From Guillardia theta CCMP2712 (taxonomy: Eukaryota; Protista; Cryptophyta): a DNA stretch of 64,000 nt. Below the pieces are notes generated by a model. That model was not told the DNA's origin and did no database searches. It saw nothing but the letters and a program-made list of their open reading frames with translations. Positions 27,344 to 40,784 of this stretch are shown here, one piece after another. Numbering within the stretch: position 1 is the stretch's first letter; each line of letters opens with the position of its first letter. A program made the translations under genes and the position numbers. The stretch covers positions 36,866 through 100,865 of the forward strand of contig NW_005434557.1 in NCBI RefSeq assembly GCF_000315625.1, given 5' to 3'.

Positions 27344-28053
27344 TCAACCACGAAGCTCTTGCGATGAGAGAGTGAGAGCATTGACAACTGTCTACTCCAC
27401 CGCATTCCTCCTTTCTTCTCTTCTCTTCTCTTCTCTTCTCTTCTCCTCTCTCCTCTCCTCTCCTCTCCTCTCCTCTCCTCTCCTCTCCTCTTCTCTGCTC
27501 TTCTCTGCTCTTCTCTTCTCTTCTTGCTCTCCTACCACAGTTTTCTTGCTCCTCTCCTCTCCTCTCCTCTCCTCTCCTCTCCTCTCCTCTCCCTTCACGA
27601 TCTCAGTCACAGGATGAACTTCGGCGGACGGCGGCAACATGTCGACGACGGCGTCATGTATGTTGGAGGTACGTTTCCTCCTCTTCCACGCCCTTCACTG
27701 AAATCTTCGGCAGGAGCAGACGGGGTGAGCAGGAGCGACTCGAGCATTCTGTCGCTGACGATGTTACAGCAAGGAGCTGTGCGGGCAGACTTCATCCAAT
27801 CAGCTCGCAAAACTCTTGACGTCGTTCCACAGCTGCAGTTGTAGGCAAGGAGGACAGAGAAGAGAAGAGAAGAGAGGAGAGGAGAGGAGAAGGGAGGAGG
27901 AGGAGCGGGACTGGAGAAGGGAGACAGGAGATGCGCACGTTTAAATATTCTGCCACAAGGAAAGGAAGTATCATAAGACTATATAAATACACAGATCGCC
28001 ATCTTAGAGCAGCCCGAGTGACCTTTGTCGCTCCTGCACGCCAAGGGATGCCA

Positions 28054-28398
28054 TCATGGCAGCGACGGTGATGCCCTGGGCGATAACACGAGCACGCATG
28101 AAGGTCTGCGATGTCGCCTTGTCTCCGCTGTTGAAGGAGACGAGGCCTGATCCGAGGATGATCGCAGTGGTGAAGACACCTGCAAGCTCTTAAGCTGACG
28201 AGCAAGGGGAGGGCTGCTGGACTCACCGAGGGGGATGATGGGCGAATCTTTGCCGAAGTACTTGAACATGAAGGCGTCGAGCTCAGAGACCTGAACGCCT
28301 TCCTTTGCACTGGGCACGACAGGCTTCACTTGAGGCGTGCGCTCCTTCTTGCCTTGGACGGCCATGGCAGCAGAGCGGAGGGAGCTTGCGAAGTTCAT
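28054..28398 (-). CDS. Small hypothetical protein, probably spliced
   Basis: ATG at 28398; coding-like MNFASSLRSAAMAVQGKKE..LDAFMFKYFGKDSPIIPLG followed by a GTGAGT donor. Confidence 0.4.
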   Translation of the reverse strand: MNFASSLRSAAMAVQGKKERTPQVKPVVPSAKEGVQVSELDAFMFKYFGKDSPIIPLGESSSPPLARQLKSLQVSSPLRSSSDQASSPSTAETRRHRRPSCVLVLSPRASPSLP

Positions 28399-31300
28399 AG
28401 TTTGTTGGGGGTGGGGTGGGGGGGGGGTGGGGGTTGTTTAAATCAGAAGGAAAAGCTTGTAGGCCTGTCCGCAGATGATCAAAACCAGCAACGATCGAGC
28501 CCAAGTTCTTGAACATCAACACGAAAAAGACAAGCACACGCAAACAAGGTTCTCTCTCAACAACTTTCGCCTACACCCTTGGCTTTCAAGCAACTCAGTC
28601 AAATTGCAACAAGGGGGCTCCGACTATCCTAATCCTTTACACGTCACACATGCTCCCGTTGACGTCTTTGACGCTCATCTCCCTCAAAAGCGAGCATAAC
28701 AGGCATGAGACACGAATTTGCTGCTCTCTACGTCATATTCACTTCCATCATCCGACCTTGCTACCTCTACGCCTCCTCCCTCCTTCCTGCGCGCCCACTT
28801 ATCACAGACTCCCACACACCACGCTTGCAACAGCACGCCCAGTTGCAGCTTCAGCATATCTGCTGTCTGCGTCCTTCAACTCTCTCGCTCCTCTGTCCTC
28901 TCTCCCCTCCCCTGGACGCCATGTTCCGCTCTCTGTTTGCATGCCGGCCTACCAGTCTTGTGGCGGATCCTGAACCCCGGGGTTTAAATAGAGGGTGGGT
29001 ACAGGGGGGAGGGCACAGGGAAAGGCTTTTCAAAGCAGTGGGGTGGGGGGTACTTTCAGATGGCTCGATCGGGGGTCTGCTCTACGTGTACCGGGTGATT
29101 TTAGGCTAAATTGCAGTATAAATGAGGGGTATAAATAAAAAATGTAAATATGAAGGTGGTAGGGATAGGGACCCTAGTGTGTTTTTGAGAATCAAAGGAG
29201 AGCCGTGATCGACTTATCCAGTGGGGGGTGGGGTGTGCGTGGAGGCGGTAGGGGTAGTATAGTCGCATTGAATGCGCCTACAAAGAAGAGGGAGGAGGGG
29301 GTAGGGGGTGTTGATGACTTGAGTTGTAGGGGGTGGTAAGTGTGATGTAAATGTGGGGGTGGGGGTGGAGCCCAAGAGCTCCGATGTGACATCGTTTCAA
29401 GTTAGCTCGAGGGATACGGGTGACAAAATCTCTCCTTTTCAGATTTCCTGTCAGCTCAGGGCACTGACTTTCGTATTACCTAAGGAGCTCCTAAGGCAAA
29501 TGCTCGGACCAAAATCGATACCTCAAAATCATACAATCCAAATGTAGGACCTTGAACCTAGTACGTGTCCTAGGATCACCATGATATCAGGATAGAACAG
29601 GGTACTAGAAAATCGTAGCTTTCTAGTACCGAACACAACGTGTCAGGCTGACCCAGTGACCATGGTACGGGGCATGAGGGGTGGGGGTGGAGCTGTCGGG
29701 GGTTGTGTGTACAGGGGGTGGGTAGGGGTTGAAACACACGTATGAGGCTCCCTAAAGGGTCATAGGAAATGTCATAGACTCATAAGACTTCTCTACATGT
29801 GATGTACCACAAGCTGCTGACACTAAAAGTGGGGGGTCCGAAGAGAAAGCAAAGGAGGGGTACTTTTAATGCCATTGTGTTCAAACGACGTGATTTTACA
29901 CCTTCTCGACATTTCGTGAGGGGTACCCACCCCTACCCCCGGCTTTCCTCAGGCCTTGTGGCCTCCAGTATGTGGCGCATGGGGTCATGGACCTTCTTCA
30001 CTTAGGTTGATGATTGTCGATGTACCGGTACTTGGCCCTTATTTTACTCTATTTCTGAGGTAGGGTAGATGACGGTACCCTCCAAGTAAGGGGGTAAGAG
30101 TTGGGTATCTATGGGGTAGGGGTTACCTTACGACCCCTGGAGCCACACCCCTATATTCCAGCAGAGATCCCAGAGGGTGGAACGACGCCATGCTTGCGCG
30201 TGTGTTGAGCAGGTGAGATGGTCGGAATGAGCGAAAAGAGGAGGCAGGATATCAGAGGAGAGGAATAGGAGAGGAGAGGAATAGGATGTCAGAGGATAGG
30301 AATAGGAGAGGAGAGACTGAAGGATGGGAGAGAGTGAGGATGGGGGAGAGAGGGAAAGCACTGTGAAGATAGATACAAAGTAGCAGCAATTGTTGGATTG
30401 CGCAGAGGATTGAGTAGATGGAGTGTCGAGGTACGGGGCATGCGCAAAAGGATCAGGACGGGATGGCATGAAGACATGAAGTGAGCTGAAAGAACATGTG
30501 ATATGACTTGTACGTATCGAGATGCTGTGGGATAAGATGAAGACGGCACATAAGAATTAACGGAAAGTGGTTGGAACCAAAAGAGAGTGTCCCGGAAGGC
30601 ATCAAGTAGACGTCGTTGGCATCGAGGGTTTCAATGACTGAGGAGTAAGTGTCTGGTAGATGGAAAGGGATGGTATTTCAGCATGGAGTGATTGAACTTA
30701 ACTCTGAGTAAAGGAAACGATTGTAGTCCCAGTCAGGCAGACGTGTCCAAGAATCGTGTCGTGCGTAGATAGCTTCACTGTTAATCGACAGCTCTTCGAG
30801 AAGATTGGGAAGGGATACAGAAAGGGAGACCTATGCAGTCATAGCAAGGCAGCATGTTTTTGCATTGAGGACTTAGATGAAGGTGGCCATCTGTTATAAG
30901 AGAGAAATTGACTGCATGATCAAAGTGCGTGAAATGGCTGGCATTATAGTGTGTAGCTGCCTTTGATATATCTTCTTGTAGCATCGTCAAAATCACGCTG
31001 ACTTATTCCTTCTCTGTTCTGTTTTCTCAGATCACCAGCGACTCGAACTCTTCTGCTGACAAGCAGTCAAAAGTTTGCAAAGAGATCAGAAAATGTGAGG
31101 AAATTTAGCACGGAGAGCAACCCAACGCAGAAGCTTACCAAGACGTGGGGACAAATGAATGCTCTTGCCAGTCTGTCCATAACGTCTTGAAAGGCTGGCC
31201 GGCATTGCGGCGGGAGGTGTGGGCTTAGTTGCCTCGGTCTCAGCGTTCAACTCGTGGAGGGAGTCGAAGAACAAGCCTGTGGAGGTGGGAGTCGGTTGGG

Positions 31301-31920
31301 ATGGGCCACGTGGATCGATTGATCTTGAATAGGCTATCGAGGTGGAGTCGGAAGAAGAAGCTGAAAGGATGAGAAAGGAGCGTCTCAGTATGGGCATCTA
31401 CGAGGCTTGCCTGGTCTTGCATGTGACTGTCCTTTCGAGCCTGACGTAGTCATAGGGAGCCGTTCAATGGGGAGCTATAAGTAGCGTAGTCGTGTATGGC
31501 CTGCGTGCACTCGAGCCGAAGGCAACCGACTGAGTTTGCATTGTGATTGAAGTCTGACATCAGATGCATCAGATGTTGGGGACCGATAGGCTCATCAAGG
31601 CTGGCCATCCCAGGATGTTCTTCCTCATTACTGCCAGCATGTGTGCGGGGTTTGCTATCAGGGGTGAATCGAAACTCATCGATGACGGTGATGATCACAA
31701 CTCATTGTTATATCATCGCATCTGACACACTCTTCCTCAGCGAGAATACCATACCACGTAAAGGGTCAACCCAAATAAGCATCGAATAAACTAAAGCCAA
31801 GGCTGGCTGACTGAACGTTTACGGCCCCCGGATGGTCTCACAAACATCTGGGGCCAGGGAGCATCTCCTGCCGCTCTTCCTCCTCCTCCTCCTCCTCCTC
31901 TTCCTCCCTCTTCGTCCTGG

Positions 31921-34900
31921 CTACTCACCCCGGCTGATATCAGCGGCAGCAGCCTTGAGTTGGAGCCTCTGGTTCTCGGCGCGGAGCTGCTGGAGGTAAA
32001 TCTCAAGCATCTCCGTCTTCCAGTCGTCCTGCTCCTGCTCGCTGGTCGACGCCGTGTAGATGCTCCTCGACCAGGCTCGCTGCATCTTGTCCGTGTCCAA
32101 GTTGACTTTCGGGTACAACTGGCCGATGACCCGCACGAGGGCGTCGAAGGAGCAGCGCTTCTGGTTCCAGATGTCATGGCAGGGCTGGTCGGCGAGCGGA
32201 GCATCCAAGGTCCTCTCAATGTAGTTCTTCCTCCTCGTCAGCCTCGCAATCTCTGCTTCGATCTCCGTCATCTCCTTCCGCAGCTCCACCTCGTTGATCT
32301 CCGGGTCAGGGATGTGACCGTCCAGCGCCTGGACGAGACTTCGGTCAGCCCGAGAGCGGCTGAGAAGGAGTAGGAGCAGGGAGCAGGGAGCAGGGAGCAG
32401 GGAGCAGGGAGCAGGGAGCAGGGAGCAGGGAGCAGGGAGTAAGGAGGGAAGATCAAAGGAAGGGAGGAGGAGACTTGACCTCTAAAGCATGGAGCAGCAT
32501 GGTGTTGCTGTATGTGCTCCCCGCGAACAGGCTGTGGCTGATGTCCTGAACCGCCTTGACAACATCCTCATGCACAGCGTCGGGGGCATCTTTCCCGAGC
32601 CTCTCTGCCTGTTAGCAAGACACAAGTCAACATGAGAATGAGGCGAGGGAGAGGGAGAGGACAGCAGGCAGGAGGAGGCGAGCGGGCTTGAGGTCGTGCA
32701 GCCACTTACAGTCTTCTTGCCTTCCTCCTTGGCAGCAGCGTAACCGTCCATGAGGATGGCAACGAACACGTTCATGAGGACCATGCCCGTGAGAAACATC
32801 CAGGAGATGAAGAAGACGTTTGCCATGATGGGATTGATGTAGCCCAAGTTGAAGTTGCCGATGGTTGGGCCCAGGTCAAAGGCCCCGAAGAGAGACTCCC
32901 ACATCACCTGCACAGCCTCAGCTGGCGAAGACGAGAGCACGGGCGACAGACAGTTGAAAAAGAGGACGAGGCAGAAGAAGGAGGGGAGAAGGGTGGGAGG
33001 GGGACAGAAAAGCATGCGACATCGTAGAAAGAAGAGTTGAAGGGAGGGAGTGAGGGAACCAGAGATGGGAGAGGTGAGAAGGAAGAGACGTCTTGGCAAG
33101 ACAGGACGGAAGACCTGAATAGAGTTGGGGACAGTGGCGAAGTCTCTGCTCTGATTGCCGAAGTTGAGATGTCCGATGGCAGCATACCCGACCAGCATGA
33201 CCCCGAAGATGAGGCAGAAGTGATAGAGATGCACCATGGAGGCACTGAGAGTCTTGTTGACGATCTGCAGGCGGGGCTGAAACTCGTAATACTTGAAGAA
33301 CCTCAGGGTGCCAATGAGGATGGAAATGAAGTTTACGGAGAGCTGATCGCGGTTGGTGCGGTAGAGCTGCTCGAAGATGGGGTCGTAGTCGTTGGTGGGG
33401 ACGCGGACTGGATGGCAGATGATGTTCTTCATGTACCCGATGCGGATGACGATGAACATGAGGTAGCACGTGTAGTTGACCAGGTCCAGACAGGCCCACT
33501 GCGAGCAAGGATGAGACGGGGCAGGGAGAATAGGGGATGGCGATCAGAGCGATCACGGTCACTTACCATGTTGAAGAATTTGTGGAGGCGACGAAGATAG
33601 ATGGCAGTCAGGAAGTTGCGGATGTAGGAAGAGATCAAGAAGAAGACCCAGACCATGAAGGCGATCTCGAAGCCCAGGAGAATGAAGTCCTTCTGCGTCA
33701 GGTAGGGCTCCATGTTGATGGAGCCGATGCTTACCGTCGTCCCTCCAGGGAGATTCCGCTGCACTGAAGTGGCGGACGGGTCGGACGTGATGTACCTGGT
33801 TGCCGAAGGTTTCAAGCAAGCAGAGGGGAAGATGAAGGGAGAAGGAGTCAAGAAGAATCATCCAAGGTAGCGATCGACAAACAGAACGAAGAAGGAGACA
33901 ACAAGGACTGGCAAGACAAGGAAGAGAAGACAGTAGCGGAGGAGGCGGAGAGGACTTACGTTCCGAAGTGAGAGAACTGAAGAGACACCTTGGCGAAGGT
34001 GAACATGCCAAAGTTTCCATTGTAGAAGGTGAACTTAAGGTCGATGTGGCGGGTCTTGGAGTCCAACCATCTTAGCTCCTGCAGCTGCTGGATCTGCTGC
34101 AGGTTTGCCTTGATGCCGTCGGCGAGTGACAGCCACGCTCGATATCCCTGGTCCTTGTAGCTGTACTGGAACGAGTTGACAACGTTGGAGTACTCTGTCT
34201 GGTTCAGCTTCTCTCGATCTCCGAACTTGGAGTTCTCAAGGTCCACGAGGTACTGCTGGTAGTCAGGCGAGCTCTCGTCGATCTCCATGATCGGCTGGCT
34301 GCTCCCACAGACGTCCTTGGTGCCGTTGACTCGCAGGGGAGGGTCGGCAGTGACGTACTTGACGTTGCTGTAGCATGTGGGGTAGAACAAGGAGTACATG
34401 GAGTACTCGCAAGGCTCCAGCTCTCCTCTCTTCTGAATGATGAGCACCCCCCCGATGAGCTTGTTGTAGTTGTAGATCATCCCCATCTCATCGGTCGTGA
34501 AAGGATCGCCGTTGTACCAAGTCCCTCCCAGGATGCTGTTGATGAGACCCCCGTCTGGTTCGGTGCCGTCTGTGAAGCTCTGTTGCTTGTTGTCGTAAGA
34601 CTTGAGGAGATAGTCGAAAAAGTCTCCCTGCATCTGAACGGAAGAGAGCGCTTCGTCCTGGGAGCAGCTCAAGTGAGAGGCAGCAAGACTTCACCCAACA
34701 TGGCTGTCAACGCACCTGCTGCAAGAGACCGTTTCTGATCGCATCGTCGATCAAGTTTGCGACCTCCACGTCGGATTGAAAGACTACCAACATGACGAAA
34801 AGAACAAAGAAAAGCGCGTAGAAGAATAGCTCCGTGTATCCATTCATTACACCGGGCCTGCATACAAGGTTGGTATCTCAGAGGATTCATACCCACAGAG

Positions 34901-35189
34901 TTGCTCTCGTTACCATCGTCGCAGATGAAATATTGTCTGTTTGATATTGATCTCGCTGTCTTGGAAGTGATCTGCAAGACAATCGTAAAGATCTGAGGAT
35001 AAACTGATCGTGTGTTTTCTCACAGATGTTATGAACATTTGCCCCCTTACGAGCTTTCCTTTGCTTCTTCATTTTGCCGAATAGAATGGCCTGGATCGTT
35101 CCCAACTTAGGCATCTTGACTCCCGGTCCTGACAAGACCGTGACCCCAGACTTTATCGAAAGGATCCACAGAAACCTCACAAGTTTCAA
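31921..35189 (-). CDS. PKD2: Polycystin-2 / TRPP cation channel (multi-exon, start approximate)
   Basis: TOP-domain motifs NKLIGGVLIIQKR and LQELRWLDSKTRHIDLKFTFYNGN; S4-S6 region LRFFKYYEFQPRLQIVNKTL..FGVMLVGYAAIGHLNFG..DFAT; pore LFGAFD; FLTGMVLMNVFVAILMDGY; C-terminal coiled coil. Confidence 0.93.
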
Positions 35190-36801
35190 AGCGCGGAAGC
35201 AATCAAGAGAATAAGATGGCTCTTATTCCTTGAGAAAGTGAAGGACACCTCGTCAATATAACGGAAAGCAGCTTGTTTTCAACCCTGAGATGTATTCAGA
35301 CAAGCCATATACATCAAGGTTTGTCATGCAACTGTGCTGTCAGGCCCTCTTCTCTTTCCTCTATCTCTCTTTCCCATGCCTCTCTTCTCCTCTCTTCTTC
35401 TGCCGAGTTCTTCTCTGTTTCCTCTCCTGACTTCCTCTGCTTCCCTCCCACTCTCCCTCTCCTCCTACCTCTCTCCTCTCTGCTCTCGCTCTCGCTCTTG
35501 CTCTCGCCCTCGCCCTCGCCCTCGCTCTCTCTCTCGCCCTCGCTCTCTCTCTCGCGCGCGCGCGCTCTCTCTCTCTCTCCCTCCCTCCCTCCCTCCTTCT
35601 CTCGCCCTCGCTCTCGCTCTCGCTCCGAGTCGCTCTCCCCCTCCCTCTCTCCTCTCTGCTCTCGCTCTCTTCGCTCTTGTCCATCACAAGTAAAAGTCAC
35701 ATGAAGTTTTGTTCCTCTCGTCAAAGTGACCCCGACAGGACCAACACTACCCCCACCCCCTCATCCCTCAGTCCAGCGGCCCTCAAATACCCGGTACCTG
35801 TCTGAAAGTCCTCTACCCGGGTACTCGTGCCAGTTCAACGGTTGTAGTGGCCCGAGCCGGGCCCGGCCGGAACTTCGGACAAACATGGTCCAGGCCCGAC
35901 CCGGGCCCCGGCCCTTCTAAGAGAGAGACTGAAGTGAGAGCTGCCCAAAGCATTTGCTAAACATACCTGTAGGATTGATTTGCTGCCTCCAATTGCGGCC
36001 CATGGCGAGGGAGAACGGATGCGCATATGAGAGCGAGCGAGGAAGAGCGAGGAAGAGCGAGAGAGCGAGAGAGCGAGAGAGAGCGAGGAAGCAATGCAGG
36101 AGACAGTTCTTGATAGTCCTATGAGAAATGTAAACATTTAGAGGAGGGCATGCATGCATGGTGGGTCTTTTCCGTCTCAAGGAATAACTGAGGGGAGGCA
36201 GGCAGGATCTCCTTGCAGCGGAGCATCTCATTGAAAAGTGGCCGTCAACAGCACAGACCTCACTAGCCGAGGACGATGCGAGAGAGGATGGAAAGAGGGA
36301 CGAGCTGAGCCAGACTTGGATACATGCTCGTTCCTCCTGATGCTCTCATGATTGTTCTCGTCAATGCGCAAAGCTCCGACACCTAACGCCTTCACTCCGG
36401 CAAGAGGACATGCGAATGGTGAGCAACTTCCTCGTTGTGTGTCCTCTTCGATCCGTTGCTTGTGTCTGCTGCTGTTCCCTTCTCCTCCTTCGTTGGTATA
36501 TCGTCATACTGCCAGACCTTCTCATACCCTGCTCTGTGATTTGCTGCCTGATCTTTGCTGTTGTTGTACTCTTTTGTCACATGCAAATGGCAGAGAGCTT
36601 CAAGTATCTTCTTCCTTCTCTCAATCCTGCGAGAGGTCAGAGCAAACCTCGTGAGGAACCTCCCTCTGACTTAGCTGCTCCTGTCAGGTCACGACATATG
36701 CTGGAGTCTCCCATGGTCTGCAGGAAAACCTCTACTTGCTGCGGTCACCCGTCAGCGGGAGGCCGCGAGCTTCGGCCCTCTGCTTGCAAATCCGCGGCGG
36801 G

Positions 36802-37897
36802 ATGAATGACAACTCACCCAACGACGACAAGCATTCAGAGAGGGGAGGGAAAACCAAGTCGGGAATACAAGAAATGTCGCACGAGGAACTGATGAAGATA
36901 CAGCTCATTTCAAGGGTTCCTCAGATGAAACTCGACGAGCTCAAAGTGATGTACTTGGCGTGACAGACTTTGTGTGCTGATCCGTTCGCAGGAAGAGCTG
37001 AAGAGACGAGGGCTGGAGATCAAAGGAAAGAAACAGGACCTTGTGGACAGACTGAAGGAGGCGATCAGCAATGACGTAGCCGTACAGGTGAGACTGCAAG
37101 GTCTGATCTGTTTGCTCATCACCTGGAAGGTACCGGTGAAAGTCAGCAGGGAAACTTTGGACAAGAGCTCTGCGGGCCGCAGGATAGCGGGAGAGAGCAT
37201 GAGGGCTCCCAGGAGCCAGGCGGAGGCAGCGGCAGACCCTATGGAAGAGAGGAGGATGGAAGCACGAGTAGCGGATCTTAGAGAGGACGTCTACCTCCCC
37301 TCCTCCCCTCCCCCGCCCGAAGTCTACTTGCAGGAACAGAGAGACTTCCGGGAGAACCTCCGCAGACAAGCCATGGCGAGCCCGAGAGCCGAGTTCCAGC
37401 CCAGAAGCGAACACCTCTTGCGCCCCAGTGACGCCGACATGCTCAGGCAAGCTGCCGACCGTCAGGACGGTTGGGTTTCTGTTCGCGACCTCGAGACAAA
37501 GCGGCAGGAGCAGGAAGCGAACCTGCCGCCGCAGCCTTTCGACCGGCAAGAGTCCCATGGGTTCGGTACGCAGGCGCAGGGCCGACGGTGGGGGCCGGGG
37601 GAGGGCGGGCAGCAAGGCTACAAGGGTGCTCTGAGATGCTCCTTCTGCAATAAAGTAGGACACTCTGCTGCCCAGTGCTACTTCCGCAAGAACAGCTTCA
37701 GCCGAGACTCGAGCGAAAGGTCCTACTATCGTCATTCCAACTTTCAGGGTGCTTTTGGGAACAAGAAGAACGAGGAGGAGGTGGCGTCGTCATCCTCCCC
37801 AGTCCCCATCCTGACCTTTCCTCCCCTGCAGTCTTCGACAATCCCGGAGTACGATGATCTGTCAGAAGAGAGCACGCCCTCGTCGCAAGGAGGGTGA
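36802..37897 (+). CDS. SAP-domain + CCHC zinc-knuckle region, probably the 5' part of the Kelch gene
   Basis: Spliced SAP motif MKLDELK|EELKRRGLEIKGKKQDLVDRLKEA; knuckle CSFCNKVGHSAAQC; ORF ends at a GTGAAT donor-like site. Confidence 0.8.
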
Positions 37898-38184
37898 ATG
37901 CTCTTGCCTCCCGCTGATGCTTTCGCCTGCTGCTCCAATGATTCACCTCGCTTTTGCATCCCTCCTCTTTTATCTTGCTTTCTCTCCCTCCCTCCCGACC
38001 TCCCTCCCTTCTTCTCTTCCTCCCTTCCTCCCGCCCTCCTCTCCTTCCCTTCCTCCCTACCTCTCTGCCTTCCCTCCCTCCTTCCCTCCCCTCCCCTCCC
38101 ACCCTTGCCTTGCCTTGCCTCTCTACCTACCTACCTACCTACCTACCTCCTTCACATCCACGTCGGGCGGTTGAGACGTTACAG

Positions 38185-40736
38185 GTACCATGGCTTCGAG
38201 GAGGCATTGGACGACTCGATTCCGGAGCTCATCGATCTTGTTGACGACACGAAGATTGAGCGGCAGAAAGTCAGCGAGGCGATGAAATGTCCTCATGGGT
38301 TGTATAAGGTCTTTGACGTTTGACACCGCGTCTACCTGAACGCTGCCGATAGACCAATACAATCAATTACAGCAAACGAAGAGCAGACAGGGAGAGAGCG
38401 GCAGGTGAGGGGAGGAGAGGAGGTGCTGAGAAGACGAGAGCACGTCGTGACTCGGGGATGAACACAAGGGTTGTTGAAGATCACTGAGGAGATGAAGGCT
38501 TTTTTTCCTGGCGCGAGAGACAACTGCGGTGACCGAGTTCCAGCCTGATCCGTCTGATCCTTTGATTGACGGAGTTGGCACAGGGACTCTACTCCAACCG
38601 GATGTCTACACCGATGAGGAGTTGTACTCGGTCGGATACACCAAGGAGAAGATCGAGACGCTCCGACGACCTCCATCAGGTGCCCTGCCCTCGAACCTGA
38701 GCTTGTCTCATCGCATTCAGAGCGACATGTTCCGTACTTCGAAGAGCTGCTTGCTCCCGTGGAGTCTGCTCGGTCAGGGGAGGCGCAGGGGAAAGAGGGA
38801 ACAAGGCAAGAGCTGGAGGAGGAAGCGGGTTGTGAAGGGCCAGTGGAACGAGACACCTTCATAGCTGCCATTGGAGGCTCCATCACATTCCGGTGATGAT
38901 CGTGACTGAAAGGATTCAACTCTGACCTTGGGTGTGTTCGCTCGTGTAAGCTTTGATCCCTCGTCTTCCTATCAACAAGCCAACCATCTGTGTCAGTATG
39001 TCGAGACCAGCAGATTCGAAAAGTTTGTTTTGTTTGAGTGCTTCGAACGGCTGAACGACTCTGATTCAGAGGAAGTCTGTCGCGGTGGAAGTTCAAGGCA
39101 GACATGCTTTGCCCTCGAGACGGACTGGTGTGTGCCGCTGCTTCAAGCTTCAAGAGTGACGAGACTTCAGTCCGCTCTCTTCTACAAGGATCGCATCTAC
39201 ACATTCGGGGGGCTGGACGATGTCCTGCCATTGTGTTCAAATTGCTTGTCACTTGCCTTTGTAGGACGCGAACGATCTCGATAACGTTGAGAGCTGCGGC
39301 CTTGACTTTCAATGGCGTCAAGAACGGTTTTCAACACCACGACTTGTCAGTCTCCTCCCGTCGGCATCATGAGATTGATTGCTTCTTGTAGACAAGCTTT
39401 CATTCCACCGCGCTGCTCAACGACCGCATCTACCTAATCGGAGGACAAGGCTTCGATCTGGAAACAAGGCAGCCGGCGAGTTGGAGCGCATCTGTAGGGG
39501 CGGCGGGTGATACCTGCTCCTCCAGGCATGGTGGAACCAAGTCAGCTGCCTGGATCTCACCACAGGGAGATGGACTGAGTGTCCGTCTATGAACAGAAAG
39601 GTGCTGTTAGCAGCATGCTCCTGACGTGCATGACGAGCAAGGCAGCGCTGCTACTTCCAGGCAGTGTCTGTGCATGGCAGGATCTACGCCATTGGGGGTT
39701 GGAGCACCGAGTCGGAGGTGCTGGACACGAATCTAGTGAGTGACGATGTGAAGGAGGGGAGGAGGGGGTGACGAGGGGCAGGGGATTCCGGGACTGAAGT
39801 GGGACTTGCGCCACCATATCACCAACACCGTCGAGTCGTTCGATCCACGGCATCTCCAGCTGCTCTCCCTGTTCAGTCGGTGATGGTGATGCAGAGAAGG
39901 GAAGTGGCGAATGGAACCCTCGATGTGTGCTCCGCTACAGGCCGGGGTCAGCAACGTCTCTCAGCTTCAACATCCCAAGAAGGTTCTTTGCTCCCTTCAA
40001 GCTCCTCCTTGATCACGTTGGCCCAGGTGCAGGATGGTAGCCGATGCTCGTTCGGGGCAGTCGGAGTTGGGCCGAAAGTCTATGTGGTTGGAGGATACGA
40101 CGGGTGAGCACGTGGCTGAGCAGACGACCAAACTCAACTCTTGTCAGGAACCACGTAATCGGGTCTGTTGAGTCGTTGGACGTCCGTGCAGGCCGCTGGG
40201 TCGAGGAGGCAGGCCGCTCGCTGCTCCTGACAGCAAGTGAGAAATCTGCAGGCGAGCTTGCAGACTCCGAGGATGTGCCTGGCGGTATCAGCGCTCAACT
40301 CAAAAGTTAGTCATGCCTTACGCTTGTTTCTCTTGTTTCACCTGCTCGCTCCTGCCTTGCTCTCTTCTACTTCGCCCTCTTCTACTTCGCTCTCTTCTAC
40401 TTCGCTCTCTTCTACTTTGCTCTCTTCTACTTTGCTCTCTTCTACTTCGCTCTCTTCTACTTCGCTCTCTTCTACTTTGCTCTCTTCTGCGCTCTCTTGA
40501 AAACTCTCTACTTCAGTTGATTGCGGCGGGAGGATGGGACGGCACGCGAGACCTCAAGGTGGTTGAGACTTATGACGGGAGCAGGCGAGAGACGCGAGAG
40601 ATGGAGCTCGAGCCTCGCTGACGTCATCGGCAGGTGGGACGTCGCGCCTTCTCTCCTTGTCCCTCGCTCCAACTTCGCAATTGTGACGTGCGACTCGAGC
40701 CTCGATGTGCACGGGGACGTGGACTATGTGAGATGA
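38185..40736 (+). CDS. Kelch-repeat beta-propeller exons
   Basis: DRIYTFGGLD, FHSTALLNDRIYLIGG, GRWTECPSM, GRIYAIGG, RCSFGAVGVGPKVYVVGGYDG, AAGGWDG..VETYD, RWDVAPSLLVPRSNFAIV. Confidence 0.9.
40361..40497. repeat. 15-bp intronic tandem repeat (TCTCTTCTACTT(C/T)GC), ~9 copies
   Basis: Direct reading. Confidence 0.9.
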
Positions 40737-40784
40737 AACAACCTCGCGCTCTATCAGAAGGACCATCTTCACTTACAGCAGCAG

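Noticed and set aside
37620-37690. Retrotransposon gag zinc knuckle
   Set aside because: Single knuckle in a spliced SAP-domain gene with no protease, RT, integrase or LTRs nearby.
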